From positions 124,001 to 188,000 of the forward strand of contig BCKZ01000023.1 in NCBI GenBank assembly GCA_001600815.1: 64,000 bases of DNA, written 5' to 3'. Position numbers and translations under genes: made by a program. The stretch's first letter is position 1; each line of letters begins with the position of its first letter. Positions 50,941-63,659 of the stretch are shown here, one piece after another. The notes under the pieces are model-generated. The model did not search any database. It was not told the DNA's origin and worked only from the letters and a program-made list of their open reading frames with translations. The DNA comes from Alloascoidea hylecoeti. Taxonomy: Eukaryota.

Positions 50941-53900
50941 TGTATCTCGAATTCCGAAGATAATATATGGTAAATGAACTATTGAAAAAATGGTAGTGCC
51001 CACTGGCCATGTGAGAGATACAATTCATCCTAATATGCCGTAAATCACATAATTAGAGAGGGAAATCTGGACCTTCCATTTCACCCATATAAACTATTTC
51101 CCTAATATAATAAAATTTGTGTAATCTGTGACTCAATTAACATCTCAGAGGTGGAGTAATCTGTTTTGACACTATGTCTGGAACGTATTGTATATATATA
51201 TATATATATATATACATATATTAGTACACCATTTTCCGTCTGTATATATTTAATTATATAGTACCATAAAAAAAAATTAAATATGAAAAAACTGGAGCCA
51301 CGCATGTTGAAATATTAACAGTGGAGACACTGGAGAACACTAGTTCCCAGTATATGATGGATCACCTCTACAATAAAAGTGCACAAAAGGGAAGAATCGA
51401 CAATCTGGCCATGAACGGTCGCCTTCTTTGAGTATTATTAAAGATTTAAGATTTAAGATTTGGCAGCAGAGCTGAAATAAAATTGTAGATGAGGAAAATA
51501 ACCGCTATCCTTTTCTTTTTGATGTTATATTCCTCTCTTTAGTTCTACACAGTTTTAGTCTTATAAATATAAGTATAGGCATATATATTTAGTAGTATAA
51601 TTTTACCATACAAATAGTTATAATAAATACAGAAGCATACAATAACTTTGCCTTACGAGTAGTTACTAGTATATACTGGTTTTATAATCGAGAACAAAAC
51701 TCACATCGCGATTAAAAGTTTCAACGAGTAATTTCCAAATATGACACTGTGTATATAGTATATATATTTACTCTATATGGATACATACATATGCATATGT
51801 GGATATAGAATAACTATATATGAGAGTGCACTGAATAAAGTGGGAAAAATGAACTAAATTGATTTTATTTAGCATTTATTTATTTGTACATTCATTCAGA
51901 ATTGTTATTTATGGTTATTGATGCCTGGTAGAGCTAGTACTAGTATCAAAAATGGGTGTTAACCTGTTGAAAAAAGCTCAACATGGTTAAGAACTCGGAG
52001 GTCGAACTTCGATCACTCACCTAATTAAGTATTGTATGAATGCTGTGAGTGCATACTGTTGCATATGCATGTGAGACGGAGTAAGGAAAAGACCATACAC
52101 CGACCGCCTCAATGCAATTCGGTAAAATAAAGTTAGAACGTATTAAATTCTATTGGCCATTTATAATTGTTGTTAGTGGTTGATTGTTCGGAATCGAAAA
52201 AGGAGTGTTGGGAAAAATGCCCATATGCCCTTTTATTAATTATAGTTGTGATCTTCTGTTCATCGGGTTAAGTGTTAAGTGTCAATACTTTCCGGTATAC
52301 GGCTATAACAATAAAGTTTTTCCAAAGCTGATGTTGGAAATTGGAAATTATCGTTAAAAGTATTTTTTTAATACCAGTTTAAGAATATTCGAATGCATGA
52401 ATGAAAGGTTAGTAGTTTAGAGCTGAAAATTAGAGATATTATTAGCAAATTATAAATATTAATGTAACGATTTTGATGCTAGCTACAGATGTATTTATAG
52501 TAGTACAATGTAGATATAGAGATGTGCACCCGCTTATTTCAGAGGTTAACTCATGAGTTTTGAACGAGCTCAGGCTCAAATCAGGGTCACAAGCTGAGTG
52601 TGAGCTGAGAATGAAGCCTACTACAAGTGCTTAGAATATGTGGAATAGCAAGAGGGTTATTTATTGAACTGAGCGTTCTCTACATTCAATATTTGTCAGT
52701 TCAATATGCATACAAGAATCTAGCTTCAGCTTTTATTCATAATTAGTATGTAACAATTATAATATCTATTGGAAACTTTAATTTCATATTTTTACTCTCA
52801 ATTAAACTTGCAAGACTTATAAATGATGCTTAATTTGATACGAAATCATATATATAATTACTCCAAAAATATCGCAAAAATATCCGAGATTAAACTAGAA
52901 AATCATCAATTTAAATTCAATTGTTATTCTTTTTTCGGCCGTGGATATCTTTCAATTGCAATTATGTTTTGTTTAAAAACATTTTCCAAAATTAAATTGA
53001 ATAAGACACTCCAAATTATATAGTTTATAATATTTTTCTGCATAACTGATAATTGGAATATAATTAACGCAATTGGGACTAAGCCTAAACTTGAGTAGTG
53101 CTAATTGGGTACACGTAACTACATACATTATACGTATAAAGTCGGAATTGCAATAAATAGTAATGTCATAAATTCATAATTAAACTTAACTTGAGAGAGC
53201 GGAATAAGTAGATCTATATATAGTTATATAATAGTTGGAACTAAGTCCCTTCACAAGAGTATTATATGTATTGTAGCGGTGATATCGATGCTATTTATAA
53301 ATCACACTACGTATTAATTTCAATTGCAGCAGTGACTTCTTGAAGTTGAATTATAATTAGTTTTGCGCCGTTTCCACAAAACTTTAAGCTGTAAGTCCAT
53401 TAGCTATAACTAACTATAAAAACAACTCACATGAAAATGAAAATCCCATAATCACGATTGACAACCCCTTTTATATATTTGTAGATTTGGCAGATAACAA
53501 AATTAATATAATGTATCAGGTATCACGTATTCTAGATGGAGGCCGGCATATAATCCTAGGCCTATATTTATTGTTGACCACATTAAATGACAATGCTAGA
53601 TATAGGACAATACTTCTGGAATAGATATCGATGCATATGATTATGTGAATTTAAAATCGATTGCTATATGAATTAAGTCACAACGTCTATACCCTTGTAT
53701 AACAAAGGTAAAATGGTAAGCATATACCAGTTTTATTGGAATCTGATAGAGATTACCTCATTATATAAACATATCATTCTAATACAATAGTTAGGAATAA
53801 ACTTATTATACCAAACTTAGAGAGATATAGGAAATCATAAGTGCTCGTGCACATGATATAACTTGATTCCCAAAATGTATCTTGATAGGTATGTCTATAC

Positions 53901-54237
53901 TAGGATATAAATACATCACAAAAAATATAAAATGAGTCTTGTAGACGTACAATTATCAAATTAAATGAACATGAAAGTCGATTGTTAGCAGCTGTGAGCC
54001 GAATGAATAACAAATGTACATAATGATTTTGAAACCCAGCTTCAAAAAAAAAAAAAAAAAAAAAGATTAACTTTAATTCAAAAAAATATGATAATATTAG
54101 GTAATATTAATGAAGAATGACAATTGCAAGGAACAAATACATTTCGAGTTTGAGACGACCCTATGAAATGGGCGTGTATAATTATTAATATGATTAATGT
54201 GTGTAACTTCAAATTAAGAAAGGCTCGTCAATTTGGC

Positions 54238-55671
54238 TTATGCCTGAATGGCTTCTGCTGGTGCCTGTTCCTGATCTTTGACTTCTTCATTTTCATCATT
54301 ATTAGTAGAACCCTCATCTTGGGGGGCCTTTTGTTTTCCATCATTTGGATCAAATTGAATAGGAACAGCTTGCTGATCAAAATCATCTTGACCACTCCAA
54401 TCCAATTTTTTATAACCGATCTTTCTAGTCCGATCACTACCTTTCAGGTATCTGCTCTTTTCAAATCCCCAATCTTCTTGAACATCAGCAAAACCTTTAT
54501 CCCATGATGCTAAATAAGCTGCCTTCTCCTTGGCTTCCTGCTTCTGTCGTTCTTCTTCTTGTGCCATCCATGCCATATGCTTTAGATCATCAGAAGAAGG
54601 CTCGTAAATATGCCATATAGTATAATGTGGCAGTCCAATAACAGATAATCCCATTCGTCTACACATTTTTCCTAATCCTTCTGTTTCCGCATGTTTTTTG
54701 AACGAAAATGCAGGGAAATGCGCGCCGTTTCTAAAAACACTTGCTTTGGCTAAAATTGAGACACCACCAATTCCATCAAGCTCATACTCCAATTCAGGGT
54801 CCCCATAAGGGTCTCTGAGATACGCTAAATGAGGCCTCCAAGTATTATAATCTGGGTAGCCTTCAACAATCACGGCATCTTCACTCAATGATTCTGCTAA
54901 CTCTCGCCCACCATCACTTTCTTGCCATGAATTCAAGTCATATGGTTGCATGTTTCCTAACCAGTCTGGCAAAGGTCTCCAAACATTGGGAACAATAACA
55001 TCTTTGTTATGGTGCATCAAATCTTCAAGGATAGTTGGTGGTACAGTTTCAACATCGGCATCCCTCCAGTAGACCCAGGAATGATCAGGCCGTAAGGCGA
55101 CACTCCATAGCCAGTTTCGAGCTCTTGCCATCAACTTTCTTCTTGGTCCCTGAGCTTGAAAACCATGTCTATCCGAGAATGACTGACCAACAATAGCACC
55201 AAAATCCTTTTCATAAATATCAATACTTCCAAATCTCTTTGTTGTATCGGGGTCAGACTGAACTTCCTTCAGATGTGCTATAAGGTGACCCATTGTATCA
55301 TCTTTGGAATCCGAGACTAAAAATGCCAGATCAATACTGTTGTGTGGATAAGTCAAGTTCTTCATGTGCCCAAAAAACATTGGCAAGTGCGAGGCAGCAT
55401 CTCTCAAAGGAACACAAAACAAGACTCGTTCGCTCCTCTCCCATCCAACACCAGAGCCCTGAGAGTCCTTGAGGTCATAAAACGTAATTTCTGTTGATTC
55501 ATCAAATTTGGGTTCATAAAAATTATTTGAAGGGGAACCTGTACCGAAAATTATCAGGCCTAGGGTGAAGGATGCCAACGTCACTAACACGATAATTGAG
55601 AGCACCGCCCTAAATGTCCCTATCCGTATCTTAGTACCATTCGAAGGTCTAAAGGCCGAGTTCACATCCAT
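54238..55671 (-). CDS. ANP1: Golgi mannan polymerase II subunit (GT62)
   Basis: Type II TM, LFCVPLRDA, GQSFSDRHGF.AQGPRRKLMARARNWL, WRDADV, WHIYEPS. Confidence 0.95.
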   Translation of the reverse strand: MDVNSAFRPSNGTKIRIGTFRAVLSIIVLVTLASFTLGLIIFGTGSPSNNFYEPKFDESTEITFYDLKDSQGSGVGWERSERVLFCVPLRDAASHLPMFFGHMKNLTYPHNSIDLAFLVSDSKDDTMGHLIAHLKEVQSDPDTTKRFGSIDIYEKDFGAIVGQSFSDRHGFQAQGPRRKLMARARNWLWSVALRPDHSWVYWRDADVETVPPTILEDLMHHNKDVIVPNVWRPLPDWLGNMQPYDLNSWQESDGGRELAESLSEDAVIVEGYPDYNTWRPHLAYLRDPYGDPELEYELDGIGGVSILAKASVFRNGAHFPAFSFKKHAETEGLGKMCRRMGLSVIGLPHYTIWHIYEPSSDDLKHMAWMAQEEERQKQEAKEKAAYLASWDKGFADVQEDWGFEKSRYLKGSDRTRKIGYKKLDWSGQDDFDQQAVPIQFDPNDGKQKAPQDEGSTNNDENEEVKDQEQAPAEAIQA

Positions 55672-56175
55672 TTTCTCGAAATGATGACTATTTGCCGTTA
55701 ACTTTGCGGTCTCGAACAGTTTGAGAGTGTTGGAGATTAAAACAATACAATATCAATAACGTAACGTAGTAATTTTTAAACTTCACCCTCCCGGTACCTT
55801 TCCGGAAGTAATTCCTACAACTTCCGGCGAATTCCCGTGAGGTGAAGTGATGACTACGCGATGAGATTTAGATTAGTAATCAGAACTTTTATTAAATCTT
55901 AAAATTCGTTAGAAACCATATACGTGATAGATAAAAAAAAGCACGAGCAACCGAAGGAAGTTAAGCTTCCTCAATTATCGGGCCCGGCGCAAATATATAA
56001 AAAGATGTGTCATCTTAACTACATGATTTCATAAAACAAAAATATACCCCAAAATAATCCCAACCCCATTTAATGCCAATTGTAATTCTACCCAAACAAG
56101 CCACAACCAAAGAGTAAATAAAAAGAATAGAAAGAAAAAAAAATATCATAAAATAAGAATCTTAAATAGATCGAA

Positions 56176-56663
56176 TTATTTCACCTGGACCATTTGGTTA
56201 ACCTCAAGAATGAACTTGCCCTCCTTGTATCGTTGCTGTCGGTCTTCTGATTTGCAATATTTCCAACCCACTACCTCCCCACATTGATGGCACAATATAT
56301 CTCGCACTAGATATTGACCAGTGAGCATACCTCTACTTTCAAGGCCGGACTCCACAATATTAACCCTAATATTAATGTTAGAAATCAGTTTCCGGTCACA
56401 GGTGGAAGCAGAATAATTATAACATACACCTTATTCATTAACAAGGCATTTCCATGTTTCCCTGTAAAGTTCTAATGTCATAGTATTTCGTTTAGCAACA
56501 AATTCGTGTTTCAAAAGAGTAGCTTCCGATTAAGGACAAGAAAATCACTTACGCCTGAGATAACCTGGTTGGAAACCGAGAGATGTGTGCAGCAATTCTT
56601 ACAGCCGTAGATAACGACACCTTTTTCTGTGGGATCCAAATACTTTGAATATCTAAGACCCAT
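56176..56663 (-). CDS. MOH1: Yippee-family zinc-binding protein, 114 aa, exons 56663-56553, 56471-56428, 56365-56176
   Basis: Splicing GTAAGT..TAG and GTATGT..TAG gives MGLRYSKYL...[11 protein letters not shown]...NFTGKHGNA...[21 protein letters not shown]...YKEGKFILE; 345 nt in frame. Not in the ORF track. Confidence 0.93.
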
Positions 56664-59600
56664 GGATAGCTAATTCGACTTCTTAAAAAAATGGAATAAA
56701 GGGGTTAAAGTGGCGGAATAACGTATGTTGAGTAACTAAACGGTGGGTACTCAGGTTGGAAAGGAAGATAAAAAGAGAGGGTGAGATGGTTGCTTTAAAT
56801 AGTAGGTAGGCTGCGGTCATAACTCACTCTCAGTAGATCACTTACACAATACACCCGGTGTACTGCATATTTGGAACCATTCCAGTTCTCTATTCCACTG
56901 TCTAGGTATTAATTAAATTTAGTTTTCCTAATTTGTTTTAAATTCAAACGTTAACTTGAACCCATTTTGCTCTCAAAACTTTGGGACTATCTGAATAAAT
57001 AAATAAATAATGTACTGCTTTCTCAATCTGATCGCTTTAGCAACTTTCTCTAGTCCCGATATAGTATAACCTTGCAACGAATGCATCTAAAGAGTCCGAT
57101 TATCTACGCTCCTTATAAAAAAAGAAGGATCATGTCTAATTATAAGTTATTCAACATTACCGGTAATTTATCGTTTCATCCTAAAATCCTAGACCCATTT
57201 ATATTAATATATAACAGGCTTCTGATTGATATAGCTTTATATAATACCATCAAAGAGGTGAGTAGAAGTTGATTGCTCAACTTTTAGTTATCGGTCACCA
57301 AGCGCAATTTTATACACCTAAGCAATACTATTCTTTATCTTAGCAAATCAGCGCCCAAAGCAGAACATCTGAAGAATTTTGCCGATGCGACACACCCATG
57401 CTCATCCGTGATCCTCCTATATTATAGTTGCATTTTAAAATTATAATGTAGTTTGTTTAAACCACATATAACTTATATGTATTATATTTATTAATTATTA
57501 GTTTCTAGAGATATCGATTATCTAAGTTAAGCTTAGACCAAACAGGATTTCTTAAGAGATTTCTGTTTATCAGCTATGGTAGATGCACCAAACCTAGTTC
57601 TCAAAACTCGTTTACAACTAAACTCCCCTGTGATATCAGCTATATATTTCATGTTTAAAAATATAACTAAAATTGCGTGCCTGTATGTGTTACGTCAGTT
57701 AATTTCTAGTTTACCCACATGAAGCAATTTCTCACTTTTAGTTAAATTTGGATTCGAATATTTTAAGTTCTTTAATTTAAAGGAAGGAGAGGAGAACTAG
57801 TTTCGTGAAACCAAGGTTACTGAGAAACGAAGTAAGTGGAGTTATCTAACGTCAACGAGAACATCTTATTCTGGGTACACCTTGGTAATGGATATTCATC
57901 TCGATTGCGATAGTAATCCGGTTCTAACGGAATACATATTGTAACTATATACGATTAAAAATCTGGAGAATAATAATGATAATGACTGTAAATGTAAAGA
58001 ATTAGTAGTCTGAGCCTGAGCTCGAGGGTTTCAGCGTACCGTTACTAGTTATGGGATCTATAATAATGATTATATATTACTATTGATATTTTAATACTAA
58101 TGTTCGTATATATTATATCTGTTAAATTATAGGTGAGGAAAGGAAGCTTTTAATTGCCTAAACCCGATTTGGAAAGCTTAAATATTCAGAAAGAACTAAC
58201 CCAAGTCCCCAACACGTTTATTCAATTTTTAGTACTGCTACACTAGTTAACATCGTGGAAATTGAGTGGGATGGGAACTACACGTATATAGACTCAGTTT
58301 AGATTCTTATCGTTAAAAGCTTGTGAATATGATAATCATTAACATTCTCAGCTTAAACTTAAATTACTCTAGATATCTTTCAATTTAACCAGATTCCTTT
58401 AAAAGGGTTAGAATTCTTCTTTTCTAAGGCACATGCCAAACGTTCACGATCATCTATCAATTGCAATTATAATTAATAGCTATACTAAATGAAGTCAGCA
58501 TGTAGCTTAACCAACTGTATTGGACCGTTTCACATTGTGACTGCAAATTTAAATCCAAACTTCTATAAAACTATATTTTATATTTCTCAAAAGTTAACTG
58601 ATAATATATTGTAATTTCAGTTGATTAATCATGATATAACTATAGTCTAAACAACTCCCTTGATACTTCACACTTACAATGCTTCTCTTATCTGATAACA
58701 GATATGTAAATATAAAGTATATCGTGAGATCATGATATATGTTATATGCATGGAAAATGAGAATATTGTCATTTAAAATATACGTATAAACTGAACTCAA
58801 AGCTACATCTCGTGAGGTAGACAACTAACAACATTCTCAGAAAATATTAATACAATGATATTAATTCTCGAGCCATGGTCATTACCAAATCCAAATCTAA
58901 TACATCAGAATACTACAAGCTTCTTATCCTTTCGTCGTTGGTGATGGAAATATCAATAAAAAGGATTATAAATACATTAATGATAAACTTAATATTAATG
59001 CCCCAATTCTAGTTTTAGGTGGTTGCAATAAATCATATCTGAAATGGAATTACTTATTAATATTGCTATAAAAGTAAAATACTGGGCTGATTGTACACTT
59101 TCTGTTAGAATAAGCTCAATCAATGACAATTTGTAAGCATATTTGCATGTTTGTATATTTGCCGTTGTACTGTTTCAATAGTAACATTAACATTAATTTC
59201 ATGCAAATTTATATACCATATACTGATCATGAAGTAAACTAGTTGTTTAAATTTATTTCAAGCGTAAAAAGGGATAGCAATACCCTTAATTGGGTGATAT
59301 GGATTATATATATATTATTCTCCACTCTTTTAATATAAGCTTATACTGTACAGTGTATATGAATAACATACACTCTAAATCAACTTACTTTTCATCTTAT
59401 AAAAATCTATAATTTTCAATGGTTATGAGCTCTAATTACCTTAGTTTAGGACTCCTATTATATTTCCGTGCTGCTATGTCAGGGTATAACATATATTGTA
59501 TGCCTGGGAATTATTATTGATGATAAACCGTATATCTAAGTGTTACATTATAGATTGATTACCTAACTTACATTCTTGGATTCCCTCCTTCAATTGGGAG

Positions 59601-60087
59601 TAATTGGAACACTAAACACTCGTAAGTATATTTACTAGTCAGTATGATATTTATGTACCATCAGTCTGAAAGTTACCTTTAAGACAAAAAACTCATAACC
59701 CCATCACAATATTATATCATGTGTCTCAGCATAGGTAGGTCTAGGTACAAGTCCAACAAAGGTTTAACAGAGATCTGTCAGAGTGGATTAAATTGATAAG
59801 ATTTATTTATCGCAATATATTAGTTATATATTAATATCGTCCAATTAAAAAGTAGAGAAACCCCATCTTGATATCACAGAACCACAGGTAACCAAGTCTA
59901 CAGGTAATGATAAACTTAAGCTTTATCCAAATACTATTCAATTCAATTAAAATTTCACTTTAATTCTCTGTAAACATAATAGGGTCTTGTTGGGTTGAAC
60001 CATGGATACGGAAATGTGTCTCCACGATTCTACGATTTCCATCAGATAGCACACCTCCTTTGAAATGAGAGAGTGATTTCCCGGAGA

Positions 60088-61207
60088 TTAATTCAATATA
60101 GACACATACACCAAGAAGTTGGGCAATATCAGAATATGGAACTGGAACAAATTTTGACCCATAAATAACTTTGGCAGAAACTGAGCTGCAGGTAATTTCA
60201 TCACTCTTTTAATTCCAGCCTCAATTTCCACCCCTAAAGTTGGAAAGAATTGATGTAAATTCTTATATTTTTTTAAGACGCCTAGAATAATTAGTAAACC
60301 AGATTCAAATATTGAGAATTCTCTATAAAGATCTTTGGATTGTTGAATGCATATCTCGATCTTGCACGTGTAATAAAAATTCCAATACTTCGAGAAGTAG
60401 GTACCCTCATTACTGGTATGCATAATGCACCCACATAGGCGGAAAGTTCTGCGCTACCTATAGCCATGATCTCAGGAAACTGCCCTAAATCGAATTGTTC
60501 GTTGCACCATTCTGGTAAATTTACAATAGTTGATAATAATCCAACTTTAGTTTGTCCCCCAGCTTCAGATATTTGACTTCCATCTTCGTTCAAAGATTCT
60601 TTAGCAGCAACATTGTCAGTATAATTGGATATCAGTTCATCAGTATTAAGAATGGTAAATCGATTCTCCAACATTAATTGCGAATGTGTTAAACCTGTAG
60701 CATTAGCTATTGCACCTACAAATAGGCGCATGATGTTACTGGAGTCCTTCTCAGCTTCCAATAAAGCGAGGCAAATTCTAATAGGAAGATTACATGTGCC
60801 ATCATCAATAAGAACTTCATTAATATGCGGCTTATTAGTAGGAACAAGTTCTTTTTGTTTGAAGATAAATGTTACATTATAAGTCCTTCAAGAAGAATCG
60901 AAGGATGTGGATCAACAGGGTCCATGTCTCTTTATATTAGCGGTAAGTTTAGAAGGTTATCCGTATCTGTTCTCCTCTCCCTTTGCATTTACAGAATGGG
61001 GATTCTACTATTTAAATACCATTTAATCGGGTGATATGATTAATTGACTATTTCAATAAATAAATCTTATCAATTTGATCAATTCGAATAAGGTAGTGTT
61101 AACCCTTTGTTGGACTGGCAGCCTATAGGTTCTTCGTCCATAATTCTGTTTCTACATAATACACAAAAATCCCAAGTCATAATATTTAATTCAGTTTGAT
61201 TCATCAT
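60088..61207 (-). pseudogene. Unidentified disrupted coding sequence
   Basis: Consecutive long frames (~60890-60291 and 60423-60088) joined by frameshifts, stop-interrupted 5' part, paralogous copy at 59750-59870. Confidence 0.5.
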
Positions 61208-61239
61208 TATATCTATAATAAAATCAAAGCGATCATAAG

Positions 61240-61490
61240 AAAGCTATTTAGACACAACAAATAATGTATCTATTATTGATTATCCAGCACAATTGCAAGG
61301 CATAAGTCCCATTGAAAATGCATGGCACAAGCACAAACTTTGCCAGAAAAATAAGCACACATAGTCTGCTATAATGAAAGGTGGTTCCGAGAAGGCAGAG
61401 AATCCTCTTTCAAAAGTATTTCCAGAGTTATGGGATCTGCTATATCAATCACCTTTTGGCCGACTTATCGCATCCATGCACATGCTAACT
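61240..61490 (+). pseudogene. Tc1-like transposase C-terminal relic
   Basis: IIDYPAQLQGISPIENAWHK...WDLL...RLIASM matches WPAQSPDLNPIENxW...W...LI.SM. Confidence 0.7.
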
Positions 61491-62006
61491 AATTCCCAAA
61501 CGCAAACAAATTTATTAATCGCTCGTTATTGTGTTGACACAAATAGGGGATAATCTATGAAAACCCCCATCAAAAAGATGACTAAAATATCATAAAGTTC
61601 ACTGAATATTTGCTTTTTGGTTCGCCAATTACTTTCAGGTGTTTTTGCTAAATGGGGTCCAAGAAAACTGCTAAATTAAGGGGTTTATGTTTACATTTTT
61701 CAAATACCGCGGCGTGCCACCAAGTACACCACCACTAAGTAATGGTTTGCTAATTTCTTTTACGCACTCAAATATAGTAAGATGTTAAGCTTAAAGTGAA
61801 TTATGGAATTATGTTTGTTATAGATGAAGCTTATCTCACTTTGATTGATCTGTGATATAGCGATAAACATTCAGGAAATGTTTCAATTGACGCACGATAT
61901 AGATTTTATTGTATTAATATTCATTTAATTTGAATTGTAATCGTAAAAGTAATAAATAATATATTTTTAGAACGAACATAAACTATAAATCTATATCTAT
62001 CGTGAA

Positions 62007-63659
62007 TTATAACTTGGCCCTTTCACCATAGCCAATGATCTTATCAGTCTTATTTACATTTGATCTATCCCTTAAGAATCTTCTTAATATTTTTCCACTA
62101 TTACTTTTTGGAATAGCATCAATTACTACTAAACCACCCCATAATCGTTTATGTCTTGCAACTTTTGCATCAAACCAAGTTTTCACATCTAAAGGATCAG
62201 TGTTAGGTTTTAATACAACGTAAGCACGTGGAAGTTCAGTACCTTCTTCTGGGACATGAATACCAATAACTGCTGAATCTGCAACTCCTGGATGTGATAA
62301 TAGGATTCCTTCCAATTCAGCTGGAGCAACTTGATGACCCTTTGATTTGATCAATTCTTTAGCTCTATCAACTATATAAAACAATCCTTTTCTAATAACG
62401 GCAACATCACCTGTGATTAACCATCCTCCTGGCATTAGAGTCTCCTTTGTTGCTTTTTCATTTCGCCAATAACCTTTCATTATATTTGGACCTCTAATCC
62501 AAAGAACACCTCTTTTGCCTTCTTGTGCATCTACTCCAGTATCTTCATCAATCAATCTAGCTTCACAAGAAGACGTCAAATCACCAATTGTACCTGGATT
62601 ATCCGGATGTAAAATATAATTAGTCATATGTGCAATTGGAGATGTTTCAGTTAAACCATAACCTTGAATAATTACCAATTGTCTTCCAAGTCTATCTCTA
62701 ACTTGATTTGCTAATAATTCAGATAATGGTGCGGCACCTGAACATAAATGAGTTACATTTTCAGCAATTGATTTTTTATATTTATCAACAATTGGATGTT
62801 TTGCAAGTAATACAAAAATTGGTGGTACTATAATTGCAGTATTTGCTTTATAATTTTGAATTGCTTCTAAAAATTTCACGAGATCAAAGGATTCTAGAAT
62901 AATAGTTAATGAACCAAGATAAATTGTAATATAAACATAAACAGTTAAACCAAAAATATGAGTCATTGGTAAAACAGCAACAGAGATAGTATCAGTATTA
63001 AAAGTTGATGAATTTGATACTGTTGCTTGTTGTGTATTACTTGTCATATTAACATGAGTTGTCATTACACCTTTTGGATTACCTGATGTACCAGAAGAAT
63101 AACAAAGATATGCTACTTTATCTAATGCTTCTTCTTTTGATAAAACCATTGGAGAAATTCTATCATTTGGTCCTAAAGTTTTAATATCTTCAAGAAGTTG
63201 TTCAATAATTATAATATTTTGATCTTTTACATTTTTCTTAATCTTTTGTGCTTCTAAAACTTTTGGTAATAAATTTTTTGAAGTAATATAATACTTTGAA
63301 GTTGAATTATCTGCTTGAAATGATAATTCTTCAGCAGTATACATAACATTTGCAGGACTAATTATACCACCAAGTGATAAAATACCATGATGAATTGCAG
63401 CTGTATATAAATGAGAAGTAGCTGTATATAATACAACATCTTCATTTAAAAGTTTATATTTATTCTTTAATACCCATGCGATTTTTTCAGTAGTTTCAAA
63501 TAATTGTCTTGGTGTTAAACCTTTACCGGTATTTGGATCAATAAATATAGTTTTATCCAATAATTTACCAGTTGCTCCGGTACGAACAAATTGAGCAGCA
63601 TTACCATAGTAAGTGTCAATATCTGGGAATGGAGATTTATATATTTTTTCAGTTGTCAT
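62007..63659 (-). CDS. Peroxisomal 4-coumarate-CoA ligase-like acyl-CoA synthetase
   Basis: AMP-binding YSSGTSGNPKG, QGYGLTETSP, TGD, DRAKELIK, SGKILRR; C-terminal AKL (PTS1). Confidence 0.92.
   Translation of the reverse strand: MTTEKIYKSPFPDIDTYYGNAAQFVRTGATGKLLDKTIFIDPNTGKGLTPRQLFETTEKIAWVLKNKYKLLNEDVVLYTATSHLYTAAIHHGILSLGGIISPANVMYTAEELSFQADNSTSKYYITSKNLLPKVLEAQKIKKNVKDQNIIIIEQLLEDIKTLGPNDRISPMVLSKEEALDKVAYLCYSSGTSGNPKGVMTTHVNMTSNTQQATVSNSSTFNTDTISVAVLPMTHIFGLTVYVYITIYLGSLTIILESFDLVKFLEAIQNYKANTAIIVPPIFVLLAKHPIVDKYKKSIAENVTHLCSGAAPLSELLANQVRDRLGRQLVIIQGYGLTETSPIAHMTNYILHPDNPGTIGDLTSSCEARLIDEDTGVDAQEGKRGVLWIRGPNIMKGYWRNEKATKETLMPGGWLITGDVAVIRKGLFYIVDRAKELIKSKGHQVAPAELEGILLSHPGVADSAVIGIHVPEEGTELPRAYVVLKPNTDPLDVKTWFDAKVARHKRLWGGLVVIDAIPKSNSGKILRRFLRDRSNVNKTDKIIGYGERAKL

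Noticed and set aside
52565..58024. 14-bp inverted pair cgagctcaggctca / tgagcctgagctcg around ANP1 and MOH1, near a TAGAGATG hAT-like start at 52517
   Set aside because: Too short to exclude chance in 64 kb; no matching terminus or target duplication found.
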